A stretch of DNA of 63,879 nucleotides, the filler included, from Olpidium bornovanus S191 (taxonomy: Eukaryota > Fungi > Olpidiomycota), in the NCBI GenBank assembly GCA_017911155.1. It is 29 parts of 29 records of this genome, joined end to end, with 100 filler letters (N's around TTAATTAATTAA, not from the genome) between each part and the next. Parts side by side here need not be neighbours in the genome. Positions count along the whole stretch, not along the records: positions 48,793 to 51,459 come from JAEFCI010003134.1; positions 51,560 to 53,042 come from JAEFCI010008097.1; positions 53,143 to 54,200 come from JAEFCI010009317.1; positions 54,301 to 55,582 come from JAEFCI010010531.1; positions 55,683 to 56,837 come from JAEFCI010008262.1; positions 56,938 to 58,072 come from JAEFCI010005914.1; positions 58,173 to 60,287 come from JAEFCI010000706.1; positions 60,388 to 62,023 come from JAEFCI010001853.1; 21 more parts are not named here. One strand, given 5' to 3'. The number at the start of each line of letters is the position of its first letter. Positions within the stretch are counted from its first letter, which is position 1. A program made the position numbers and the translations under genes. Positions 49,007-60,388 of the stretch are shown piece after piece. Under the pieces are notes generated by a model that saw only the letters and a list, made by a program, of their open reading frames with translations, had not been told where the DNA came from and ran no database searches.

Positions 49007-49222
49007 GGCGTGTACGCGGCAATGTCCCGGTACAACCAGGTGCTTACTGAACGCTGGCAGGTGACGCAGGACATCAATCGCGTCTCCCAGCAGAACGACG
49101 AGCTGAAGGCCCTCCTCAAGCAGTACATGGCCGCGAAGGTCAACGACGAGCTGGAGATCCCGCCCACGAAGATCATGCTGGCGCAGGCGGGCCTGACCGG
49201 CCGAGGACCCGACGCGGCTTGA
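49007..49222 (+). CDS. DRC1: Dynein regulatory complex subunit 1 (CCDC164-like), last exon
   Basis: AMSRYNQVLTERWQVTQDINRVSQQNDELKALLKQYMAAKVNDELEIPPT resembles the conserved DRC1 C-terminal coiled coil. Confidence 0.75.
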   Translation, partial: GVYAAMSRYNQVLTERWQVTQDINRVSQQNDELKALLKQYMAAKVNDELEIPPTKIMLAQAGLTGRGPDAA

Positions 49223-50867
49223 GCGAGAGAGAGAGAGAGAGAACTTTGTTCCCCCCGAGAAGGATCCCCCCTTCAACCACTTGCTTCCCCTTTATCCCCT
49301 GTCCCGCTCTTACTCCTCCTCAGGAGACAGCGCGCAAGAGGAAGGGGGATGCGTTAATTTATTAGCTGCCGCAGCAACCCTGCCCTTCCCCAGCAATCTA
49401 TCCATGATCACCTCTAAACAGATATGATCCCCTCCAAACAGGTATCATTTAAACGTTCGGCCACTCCCACGGGCCCACCTCCTCCCTCGGAGGATGATAG
49501 GATGTTCGTGGCCACGAAGCGGTTTCTTTTTTTTTTTTTTTTTTTTTTTTTGTTCTTTCGGCTCCCTTTTTTCCCCCGCTTCTCCTTCACCTCTCCTCCC
49601 CCTCCACCCTTCCTGATCATCAAAGTGCTGCTCCGGGAGGGAAGAAGCCCGCGCAGTCCGGCCCCGTTCTTCACGGCGCGCATAAAGCAGACAAAGCAAA
49701 AAGGAAATTGTCTCTTCCTTCCTTTCCTCCATATGTCCGGCAGCTCCATTGAGCTTCCCTTCAACCACGTTATCAAGCAAAGCAGATTTGTGGCGCTGGG
49801 CATCTCCTGTGAGATGGAACCCGTTAAGGGCAATCAGTGACCAGTTGACGATCACTGACGGAGTGATGCCCGTCGACGAACAGATTCTTGACAAGCGACA
49901 GAGCCCAATTGTCAACCGGCTTCCGTCTGCGACTTGTCATGAAAGAGGCGGGCAAGTGGAGAGGCAAGAAGCACTGTATCAACTACGAGTATATACGTAA
50001 ATGTTGCGTGATGATGTTGAGCCGGCTCACGTACCCAAACCCTTAAACTCCAGAGAACATCTGGCAAAATCTCAACAAATTTTTCTCTCGCACTCTCTCT
50101 CGTCCTCTCTCTCTCCCTCTCTCTCTGTCTCTCTTTCTCTCTCTCTCCGCTTCCCCTCTTCTTTCTCCACAAAAACGTGAAATAACCGGGGGGGGGTTTT
50201 TTTTTTCACCCTTCAGCAAAAACGGGACTTTGCCGACGGACGACGGGCCCAAGGTGCCGTTTCTGGCCCATGGTCGGCTCCCGAGGTTTTACTCGGCCGA
50301 AATCAAAAAAAAAAAAAAAAAAAAAAAAAACGGACCGAGGTCCTTGTGGAAAATTTCCGGCAGGGGCCGTCGGTAAAGGGTGGTGGGCGGACAATTAGCA
50401 GTTCCGCGGTCTGCCGGACGCGCCCGCGTCGTCCCCGTTTGCGCCCACCGCGCGGCGCCCAGTTCGGCCCGCGTGATCTCTCAAATCTTGCATTTTTTCC
50501 AGCTCCAGAAAAGAGTATTTGCCGTGTTCCTTGCCCTGCTCATCTAATTTGACGCACCCCCCCCCCAATTAACCGATCACAAAAAAAGCCGAACCTTTTT
50601 TTTTTGCATGTCTAATGATCTAAAAAGTTTTGGGCAAGGCCCACCTTCTGCTGCGGCTTGGTTCGATAATCGTCTTTTTTTACGCGCATACCGGGTTTTG
50701 TCGAACATGTTTGGCCTGAAAACTTCGGTAGGGGGCCCGAAGGACGACCTCCACGGAATTCACATAGACTCTTTGAGGCTTGTGGAACGCCGCCGGGGGC
50801 GCCGGGCCCGCGGGACCTAACTGCTTGCGCCCGTGGAGCGTGACCTCAAGTCAAGATACTACCGACG

Positions 50868-50899
<32 letters not shown>

Positions 50900-50951
50900 A
50901 AAAAAAGGGGGGCCCCCCCCCGCCCCCCCGTGGCGCCCCCCGGGGGGGGGG

Positions 50952-50997
<46 letters not shown>

Positions 50998-51188
50998 AAA
51001 AAAAAAAAAAAAAAAAAGAACCAAACAGAAAGAGGGGCAGAAACGAGACGCCCGCCCGCGGCCCGCACACGCGCCCGCGCGCCGCCGCAGCACACGCGCC
51101 TCCCGCCTTCCTTCCGCTTCACCCGCTAACCTCTTACACCGGCGAAAACCTGCTCTCGCGCGCCGGGCCTGCCCGAGACCCTCTCGGG

Positions 51189-51214
51189 ATGCCCGTCAAG
51201 GTCGGAATCGACGG
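51189..51214 (+). CDS. Probable first exon of glyceraldehyde-3-phosphate dehydrogenase
   Basis: ATG CCC GTC AAG GTC GGA ATC GAC GG|GTGAGC gives MPVKVGIDG, with a phase-2 intron where many fungal gpd genes have one. The rest is off-contig. Confidence 0.45.
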
Positions 51215-51411
51215 GTGAGCGCTCGCCAAACCCCACTTCCACCCCACAGACGCAAATACCGGCGCCCGCGGAACGGCAGAGCGCGCGAGCGCGACTCGTT
51301 TCGTTGCTCACCCGGCCCCCACACCCGGGCCCGCGCCTTCCCCCCCCCCCCCCCCCCCCCCCCTCCCCACTTTTTTGGTGGGCGCGCCCCCCCCCCCCCC
51401 TTCCCCCCTCT

Positions 51412-51459
<48 letters not shown>

Positions 51460-51606
51460 NNNNNNNNNNNNNNNNNNNNNNNNNNNNNNNNNNNNNNNNN
51501 NNNTTAATTAATTAANNNNNNNNNNNNNNNNNNNNNNNNNNNNNNNNNNNNNNNNNNNNCATGTCTGTCGGGGCACATTTCCGCCGACGCGTATGTGGGA
51601 ACTCAC

Positions 51607-52674
51607 ATTCGAACCCTTTGGTCCACTTCAGCAGCAGCCCGGCGTCGATGGCGGTCGCAAGCACGGGAAAGGAAAAAGTAAAGCCGAGAACAGCCTCTTC
51701 TGTTTGTCCATCGGTCGCCCGATGCTGACGCAGAAAGAGGCCAACGGACTACAGCAGGACGGACAGAACATAATTAATATAGCTATTCGCTTGAAAGAAT
51801 TTGGGATTAGTTTCCAGGCTTCTTACGTCGGCTATGAACTGCCAATCGGGAGACAAAGAGGTATGAGTTGGCGCAAGCAAATAGGACTCCAATCGGAGCA
51901 TTCAACGTTCTGCGAACAGGCGGCAACTCGAAAGCTTACGTCGAACAGATCCGCGGCCTTCCCCTTCTTCAGATTCTAGACAGCCGGAGTCGGTGAAATT
52001 TAGAAATCAACTCCTGAACCATGAAGCACAGCAAAAGTACGCGAGCTACGCACTTCCGGTATGGAGAACTTGCACTGCTGCGTCTCAAACTTGCCGTTGC
52101 CGAGCAGTGTGACCTGGCAGACGCGCATGTTCGTGCCACCTGCGCGACGACGGCAAGGTAATGTGTCGGTGGTGAGACAGACCAAGCCGGACAACGTGCG
52201 GCCACGCCCGCGAGTCCGATGGGAATCGCGGGACTGAGCTCAGGCGGCAGCTCGGCGTACCGAGGTCCAGCGCATAATAGGTTCCCCTTTCGCTTCCGCT
52301 GAAAACGAGGGCGTCACGCGGATGAGCGATAAAAACGTGCGATGTTTTTCTTCCTCAACCCCACCTCCCCCCCTCCAGTTTCGCGCGCAAAGAAAGCGCA
52401 GGGCGGTAGGACGGGGGCGACCAACGCACTCGACGCGCTTGACAACAAAAGTTGGGATTGCGGCGATGGTCTGGCCGCGAGCGGCGAGGCCCTTTCTGAG
52501 CTCGGCGACAAAGTGATTCTTAATGCGCACGATGAGGTCCGGGCCGACATCAAACTGCCTGACCAGCTCCTTGCTGGCTGCGGCGAGGGCAGCGTCGAGG
52601 GACGGCGCATTGGAGACGACGGGGTTGGAGGAGCGGCGCTGGTAAGTGACGTGGTTGGGAATTGCCGACGCCAT
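51607..52674 (-). CDS. Hexokinase/glucokinase, 5' exons
   Basis: HFVAELRKGL...IAAIPTFV|..GSERGTYYALDL|GGTNMRVCQVTL...LFD|FIAD and LGFTFSFP...IDAGLLLKWTKGF. Confidence 0.95.
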
Positions 52675-53142
52675 CGTGGGGTGTTTCGCGAAACGGACAA
52701 CGGGCTTCGGTTGGTCGGGGATGCGCGAGTGGGGGGACTGGGGTGTGCGAGGTTCGATGAAATTGGCAATTAAAAACAATTTTCTGCCAATTGCGATTAT
52801 TCGCACCGCCCTTGGAACTAATGCGACCAATGAGCACTAATCCTCTCCTTTGGCGGCGGCTGGTGCCCACCGGTCGTCGTCGCCCTGATCACCTCAAAAC
52901 GGACGGGGCGCTGTGATGGTACATGCACAGAACGATCGAAAGACCCAAAATAAACGCGCAGGAGACGTGCTAGCTGCGTGTCGTAACCAGACGAGATCTG
53001 AGTACTGTTTGAGCAAATTCAAAGTCAAGGTGAAGCGTTTGCNNNNNNNNNNNNNNNNNNNNNNNNNNNNNNNNNNNNNNNNNNNNTTAATTAATTAANN
53101 NNNNNNNNNNNNNNNNNNNNNNNNNNNNNNNNNNNNNNNNNN

Positions 53143-53245
53143 ATGGGGGAGAAGGTTCCGGCGCGAGGAAGTTCCGCCTTTTATACCCGAGACCCTAACC
53201 GCCCTTCGAACTCTCGGGGGGCCTGTTGGAGAGTGGGTTGTAACA
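53143..53245 (-). mobile_element. LTR-like terminus abutting the Rep fragment
   Basis: The minus strand begins TGTTACA and has TATAAAA about 60 nt in; the segment runs to the contig edge. Confidence 0.4.
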
Positions 53246-53246
53246 G

Positions 53247-53549
53247 TATATTTTTTTTAGTTATGTCTTCCAGGAAGAACGCGGGGAGGAGGGGCCACCT
53301 CACCTCCAGGGATATGTCCATTACAAACATCAGGTGGCCCGCGCCACCCTCAAACAGTGAAACCTGCGACTACACTTTAAACCGGCGCAGTGTTTAAAGA
53401 GCTCGGTGGCCTACTGCTCCGACGAAAAAAGACACCACGGTTGAATCTGGAACAAGGGTTTTGACATTCAGGACGACCTCCACATACTCGACGAGGTCGA
53501 ACTTTTTACTTGGCAGAAGGAACTTGTCGCGGAAATAAGGGAGGACCCG
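53247..53549 (+). pseudogene. Endogenous CRESS-DNA-virus-like Rep (HUH endonuclease) fragment with two in-frame TGA stops
   Basis: The frame from 53262 reads YVFQEERGEEGPPHLQGYVHYKHQVARATLKQ*NLRLHFKPAQCLKSSVAYCSDEKRHHG*IWNKGFDIQDDLHILDEVELFTWQKELVAEIREDP. It holds RCR motif II (PHLQG, 53298-53312), motif III (YCSDE, 53412-53426) and the downstream WQ motif. Confidence 0.85.
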
Positions 53550-53550
53550 G

Positions 53551-54200
53551 TGTTGGCGCCCAAAATGGCCTTTGGCGGGCATCAACCCCGGCTTCGACTA
53601 CCCTAGCTTTTGAACCCCGTTCCCCTCAATTTCCCTCCGACATCGTTCGTTTTGCATCGTTTTGCCCCTTTGCCCCTTTTGCTCGTCTTGTATTATTTCA
53701 CTCACTTGCGCCCGCCTTTTACTTTTGCCTATCAGGGTCACGTGCGGCGACGCCGTCCACTTGTTCGGAGTGTTTTGGTTTCGCCACCCCTTTTTTTTTC
53801 CTTCCCAACGCAAAAAAAACCTCGACGTCGAATGCAACGTCAACCACCCAGAAACCCTACCATAGCCGATCCGTTTGCTTCAGAAAAAACAAGGCGTCGG
53901 GCTTGTTCGAGCGTCGAATTCTCCTTTGGTCCCGTTCTAGCGGAGGCGTCGGCCACCGCGACGGGTCGAGCAGCGTCGGCTGCTCTTTGTTTTTCTTTCT
54001 CTTCTCGTCTTTTCGTGTGCAGCGCCGGCTGCGGAAGAGTTCGAGGCCGCGTCCTAGAGCTATCGACGTCGGTCTGAGTGCGACACGCAAGCCCGTCTAT
54101 CAACCGGATCGCCCAGAGCCCCCTGCGGGCCCGAAGCCGACCCTGCCTTCTCTGCCGCTCGGACTCGATCTGATTGCCGGACGAAAGAAAGATAATATGG
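53551..54200. mobile_element. Possible second LTR/leader region interrupting the Rep
   Basis: Rep similarity ends exactly at TGTTGGCGCCC, a typical LTR terminus; the sequence after it is non-coding. Confidence 0.3.
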
Positions 54201-54300
54201 NNNNNNNNNNNNNNNNNNNNNNNNNNNNNNNNNNNNNNNNNNNNTTAATTAATTAANNNNNNNNNNNNNNNNNNNNNNNNNNNNNNNNNNNNNNNNNNNN

Positions 54301-54817
54301 CAGGCAGCGCATAAATCAAGTACTCAGTCTTGTCAAATACGCGCGCCTTCTCCTGTTGGTCAAGCTGCTTGTTTTTCCGGTCGAACGCTCGGAAGACGGT
54401 CTCAACATCATCCGTATCATGCTTACCTTCGACCCACTCGGCGAACTTACGGGCGGTCATGCGGGACGCGTCCCGGAAACGGAACACCTCACAGAGCCGA
54501 TGCTTCGCCTGGCTCCATGCTCGCCTCTCGGTGGCAGCCCTTACCTGTGCGTCGCAGACTTCGTGGACTGTCAGTCGGAAGTACCGGACGTACTCGTCGT
54601 TGGTAAGTTCCCATTCCCGCACGGCACGCTCGAAGTGCTTTAAGTGAGACGATATGTTGTCGTCCCTGAACACCCCTTCTTCCTTGGTAAACTGGATAAC
54701 CGCTGCGCGCACCTCTGTCGCTCTCATCTGCTCAGCCAACGCGCGGATGTCGAACGCCGGCGGCGCGCGGACCTCGGCCGAAGCCGGCAGCGCAGACACG
54801 CGCGGCAGAGCCGCCAT
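54301..54817 (-). mobile_element. Ty3/Gypsy-type gag, 5' part
   Basis: An intronless ORF (FRDDNISSHLKHFE...W..AKHRLCEVFRFRD...DKTEYLIYALP) lying just downstream of an LTR end and primer-binding site. Confidence 0.65.
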
Positions 54818-54864
54818 GGCTCCGTCCTGCCGGCCACGGAACTGGACTTACCTTGCCCCTAGTT

Positions 54865-54882
54865 TCCTGCCCGAGAGCGCCA
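54865..54882 (-). promoter_or_regulatory. tRNA primer-binding site (TGGCGCTCTCGGGCAGGA)
   Basis: It starts with TGG two nt after the LTR end (...CCGACA-AG). Its complement fits a tRNA 3' end (...CGAGAGC-G-CCA). Confidence 0.7.
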
Positions 54883-54884
54883 CT

Positions 54885-55291
54885 TGTCGGCCAATTGGTT
54901 CGCGACTTCAATTTATGGAGGAGGTCCAAGGAATAGCGAAAACTCTTGCTGCAAGACTGTGCCGTACCGTGGACGGGGACGTCTTCCGCAGGGTGCCGCG
55001 GAGACAAAGCCTTAAACCCCCTTCGAAGGCTCCTTCAAAAAAGTAATTGGTCAGCAAACCACGTCTCTCTACTTCCTCCGAAAATCCAAGGAGCTGCCGG
55101 CCTCCGCGTTGTGTGGAGTCGCAGACACAGGGTGCCTTCGGTAGGTGGGTCCGAATGTCGGGGTTACGGTGTTTTTTCCCTGTTTTCTTTTTTTATTATT
55201 GTTCTTTCCGGTGGGTTGGCCAAAACCGCAACAAGCAACGGAGGGGGAGGTCTCCCTATCATGGGGGGGGGGGCCACGCTCCCCTCCGACA
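54885..55291 (-). mobile_element. 5' LTR of the Gypsy element (about 407 bp)
   Basis: 6-bp inverted termini TGTCGG...CCGACA (alternative start at 55297), an internal AATAAA, and a PBS immediately after. Confidence 0.6.
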
Positions 55292-55712
55292 CCGACACGC
55301 CGTGCCCTCCACCTACACTCCCTGGTGGCTTCCCATCAGGTCTGACCCCCGCGTCAACGGCGGAGCCACCTTTTCCGGTCACCTCGCCACGCGGGTTCTT
55401 CCCAGGATGCCTGCAGTCACTTCCTGATGAGCTCGGGAACCGTCTGCAAATCAAATCCACCATCGCTGGACAGGCTGTTGGTGAGGAGCGCGTTGCGGAG
55501 CGAGTCCCCGGTGGTGGACCATTGCAAGACACCGCACACGTTTCCTCCGCAGCCGATACGTATTTCCCGGTGAGCGAACATGNNNNNNNNNNNNNNNNNN
55601 NNNNNNNNNNNNNNNNNNNNNNNNNNTTAATTAATTAANNNNNNNNNNNNNNNNNNNNNNNNNNNNNNNNNNNNNNNNNNNNCCCCCCCCCCCCCCCCGC
55701 CCCCCCTCCCAC

Positions 55713-56075
55713 CTTTTCTCTCCACGCCTGTATGTTCTGGACGCCGCAGTTCGAAATGAGGGCGTCCGGCACGCAGCACGAGACGAGCCGGGAGAAGAAC
55801 ACCCAGGGGTCACACCTGCAGATCCTGCGGCTGAGCGGCGCCGGCCTTCCGCCGGCCGGTTTGCGGTCGTGCCCGTCCGCCGCCTCGTCGCCGGCCCCGC
55901 CCCGGCCCCGACCGCCCCCGCCTCCTCCTCCTGCTCCCCGTGCTCCGGCTCCTCCAGCCGCCCCCCTGCCGGCCCGGAGCCGGAGCTCCGGCAGCTCGTG
56001 GTGCTCCTGCCTGTCCCCCGTCCTACGGTCCGGCCGCCGTTCCGGCCGCGTCAGGGATTTGACCCGCTGGACCAT
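55713..56075 (-). CDS. Chitin synthase (division II, class IV/V/VII-like), N-terminal TM exon
   Basis: PWVFFSRLVSCCVPDALISNCG...QAWREK|GT; the AWREK motif precedes a TM segment in division II chitin synthases. Confidence 0.6.
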
Positions 56076-56362
56076 TTTTTTTTTTTTGTCCTCCTTTTTC
56101 TGCTGTTTTTATCTTATTCGTTTTTTTTGATCTTCTCCCTTTTTTTTTCCGGGCTCTTCCCTTTCTTTCTTTTTTTTTTTTTTTTTTTTTTATGTGGGAA
56201 ATGCGTGTGTGTGTTGCGTGTGTGTGTTGCGTGTGCGCGAGTGTGTGTGTGTGCGTACGTGCGTGCGGGGGAGGGGGGAGGGGAAGGGAAGGAGAGGATG
56301 TAACCTGCGTGCGCGTAACTCGCGTTGTATCCGCGGGTTGTGGAAGGGGGGCGGACGGCGAC

Positions 56363-56405
<43 letters not shown>

Positions 56406-56782
56406 GAGAGAGGGGGGGAAGAGAGGGGGAGAGAAGAGAGAGAGAGAGCAGAGAGAGGCTGAGAGAGAAAAGAGCGACGGGGCCCCGCTCGACGCCCGGG
56501 GGGCACGTCATCAGAGATCACGGCGTTTTCGCCCGGGGTCCCGCGCCGGGTGGGAAGCGCGGAGGTCTGCAACAAAAACAAAACAACCCCGGGCGAACGC
56601 GCCTTTTCCGCCCCGGAAAACAATTTTAAATTTCCGCGGTTTCGTCCGGGGGCTTCCCTCCCCCCCCCAGCCCCCCTTCCCGCCCCCCATTTCCCGCCAC
56701 CATGGCAACGCTTGCTCCCCCCTCTTCCCCGGTCAACCCCGAACACGCGTCCGCACCCGCCCTAATCTGGGAACGGCCGCCG

Positions 56783-56833
<51 letters not shown>

Positions 56834-57938
56834 CGTCNNNNNNNNNNNNNNNNNNNNNNNNNNNNNNNNNNNNNNNNNNNNTTAATTAATTAANNNNNNN
56901 NNNNNNNNNNNNNNNNNNNNNNNNNNNNNNNNNNNNNCCATGGTCGCTTCCTCAGGTGCTTTGAGTTGTGCTGCCGCGTCTTTTTGGTGGGGAGATGGAT
57001 CGGCCGGAGTCGAGCGTGGAACGGTTTACTCTTCAGCAGCGCCTGCGGAAACTGGATGTGGGTAGGATCCGCTGGTGGCAAAACGCGCGTGGAAAGAGTA
57101 CGACGACGCCTTTCCCCCTCTCCCTCTCCCGTTTTTTCTCCTTTTTTTCCCCCCTTCCTTTTTTTTCCCCCCTTTCCCCCCCCCCCTTTCCCCCCCCCCC
57201 TCGTTTTCTTTCTCTCTTTGTTCGCCAGAACCGATATGAAAGAGGTAAGGCCTTTTTTCCAGCGTTTTCCTTGCTCCTTTTTTTTTTTTTTTTTCGCGTT
57301 GCGAATCAGTTTTCTTCATCCGCCAGTTGGTTCTTCGTTCGGCTACGCTACTTGGTTCTGTTATCCATTTGCGTCGGCGATCAGTTTGCCTTGTTGGCTC
57401 CTGCGATTCTGCCCGTTCCACGACCTCTTCCCATGCCGTCTTTCGTTATGCTAATTTCTGCATTTTTTTGCTTTTTTTTTCTTTGTTTTCTTCACCCCGC
57501 CCTTTTTTTTTTTGTTTTTTTTTTTTTTTTTTTTCCCCCCCATCCCCCCTTTGTTTTAGTGCTGTTTCTCTTCTTTCCTTCCGGCTCCTTCTTAATTCCT
57601 CCCATCCTCCCCCTTTCTTCCACGTCTCTGCAAGTCTTTGGCTCTCCTTTTTTTTTTTTTTTTTTTTTTTTTTTTCCCCCCCCCCTTTGCGTTTCCCCCC
57701 CCTTGGCTTTTTTTTCCCCCGCGGCCCCTGAAAAGCAGAACCGCATTTCCGGGCCGCCAGAAACGAACAGGGAGGGAGGAGGATAGAGAGGGTCTCTGGC
57801 AGCTGGGCCTGCGCCGGAGCGAAAAACTGCAAAGAAGCCTTTTTCTTTTTTGCGTTTTTTCCGCTGTGTGTGTGTGTGGGTGCGTGCCGTGCGCGTGCGC
57901 GTGCGTGTGTGTTTGCGTTCTTAGTTCGCACGCGCGCA

Positions 57939-57973
<35 letters not shown>

Positions 57974-57999
57974 CTTTTTTTTTTTTTTTTTTTTTTTTC

Positions 58000-58058
<59 letters not shown>

Positions 58059-58256
58059 CCGCCGCCGACCGCNNNNNNNNNNNNNNNNNNNNNNNNNNNN
58101 NNNNNNNNNNNNNNNNTTAATTAATTAANNNNNNNNNNNNNNNNNNNNNNNNNNNNNNNNNNNNNNNNNNNNAGAGAGAGAGAGAGAACAGCAGTGGACG
58201 GAGGAGGACCGGAGGAAAGAGGGGGCGGGAGCGGGGAGAGTAAACCGAGAGAGCGA

Positions 58257-58293
<37 letters not shown>

Positions 58294-60388
58294 TTACGGA
58301 AACTAGAGCAGCGCGTGTAGTCGGTGTCTGCGCATATGCACAACCATGTACACCAAAACCGAAAAGCCCACCTCCTGCTTCTCCGCGGCGGGAACGGTAG
58401 GAGGGGGAAGGGGGCGGGAGTCGAGGAGAGAGGGAGAGAGAGAAGAGCTGGGGATGGGGATGGGGCGAACGTCGGGGACACGCGCACCCCCGTGCGTGAC
58501 TGATGATCGATGGGTGACAAGATGGCGATGGTTGTGATGGCGAACGGGGGGGGCTAAGCTGCCAGTATCAGCATTTTTTTTCCCCGATTGGGGAGTCCGG
58601 AAAGGGGGGAGCGAAGGGTGGGCGGTCGAAGTTGCCGAAGTGGGGCGGGGCGAGCACGCCAAAGCGCTAACCAAAACAAAGCCTAAAAAAAAAAAAAAAA
58701 AAAGCCGCTCTGCTTTCCGTCATTCCTTCCTCCCCGCCGATTAATGCTGATAAGCCCCTCCCACCCCACCCCACCCCCTTCTCCCCCTCCAAGGGTGCGT
58801 GCGAAGGGGGAAGTTCTAGACGAAGAGGAGTGGCCGGGGGAACCGCCCGCCCGGGGATTTGCCGGTTTTTTCTCTTGCCCCCGCAATAAAAAATAAACAA
58901 CTACATCGTTGATAGTATCGCTGCACGCTTGCGACACCTGTCCTGGGAGGAGCGGTAGGAGACGGCGCATGTGTAGGGTGACAAGTGTTTCCCTTCAACA
59001 TTTGCTACACCTCGGCGAGCTTCACTCCCTCAGATATAGCACACCAGGGTCGCCTCTGTACTCAAAGGAGCATCATAGATCACGTGAGTCTTGGCGACTG
59101 CCGTCATACTTTTTCGCTTTTTTCTTTTTTATTCTATTTTCGTTTATTATTTTATTTTATTTTTTTTTGTTTTGCGGCCACAGGCGTGCTTTTTTTTTTT
59201 CTTCTGACTGCCGATGTAGTGGAACTAACGGCTTTCATTTCTTATTCGTTTGCTATTCGTGATTTGTGACAAGGCTTATCCAATCTCATAACCATTTATA
59301 TAGGCGAGAGATAGTGAGAGCTCAAAAAAACAAAGAGGGATCAAAAGGAAAATATGTCATGGTGTCGTCAGAATCGGGATGAACGAGCACACCGCCATGC
59401 CGGGGAAACTTGGGCCCACCTCTCATTCCCCCTTCCCCGGGCTCATTTAATAATTGGCAAGCAGCCGATACTCCGTTATCCAACAGCCCGCGCACCTCGA
59501 CCCTTCTCCGCGTTTTGCGGCGTAACCAGGAAAAGGTGCCGAGGTGCGGTTTGCGATGCGTGCAGACCAGCAGACGGAACGATGCCTGGGGGCACGAGGC
59601 TGTTTCTGCGGATGTAACAAAACGCAGACCAATGGCGCTTGACGAACGAGCCGCTCGCGTTCGAGCAGTAAACAGTGATGCGGCCCCCCGCGAAAAGGTC
59701 GAGATAATCTCGAACGAGAAAAAGAAAAAAAAACAGGCCACTTGCGTAGCCGAAGAAAAAGCAGAGCAGCGGGGGAGAAATCCGCCCAGTTTTGTTTTCC
59801 CAACGGCGGAGCAAAAAAAAAAAAAATCCGTGCTCCTCAAAGCCCACGTCGGCCGATAGCAAGTAACCGCGACAAGAGGCCGGTTTGCGCTTCTCTCCCT
59901 GGGGCATGCTGCGATTCCGCCGGACGCCTACGGTGCGACGCCGTCGGATCGCACGCCCCGTCGGTGGTTCTTCGCCCCTCTATCGCTGTGCAACCCGCGC
60001 GCCCCGTCAGCTTCACGTCGTCGCCACAGCATGTTCTCCATGCGAAAAACGCCGCGGTCGGATTCTCCGAACATCCGCAAAAAAAAACAAAAAAACCCAA
60101 CTCACCGACAACCTGCTCGCGCAGCGTCCCCGCGCCCAGCGCGGCATCAGTTTGCGGGACGCGCAACATGATCTCTTGAACGGCACTCTGCACGTCCTGT
60201 TGCAAAAGCCCCAGGCAGTGGTGTACCTGGAGTCCCGCTGCGATCTCGACCTCGTTACGGGTCAACATACCTGATCGCAGAAGCCGGNNNNNNNNNNNNN
60301 NNNNNNNNNNNNNNNNNNNNNNNNNNNNNNNTTAATTAATTAANNNNNNNNNNNNNNNNNNNNNNNNNNNNNNNNNNNNNNNNNNNNA

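Noticed and set aside
53358-53444. TGA-as-Trp recoding of the Rep
   Set aside because: The second TGA falls where Arg fits better, and neighbouring nuclear genes (e.g. EDC3, ATP20) use TGA as stop. Pseudogenisation is simpler.
43356-56075. Apparent cell-wall cluster (GT4, hexokinase, chitin synthase) and flagellar pair (MORN2, DRC1)
   Set aside because: The genes are on separate contigs joined arbitrarily, so adjacency carries no information.
56200-56470. (GT)n and (GA)n tracts, also at 58173-58290
   Set aside because: Ordinary microsatellites.
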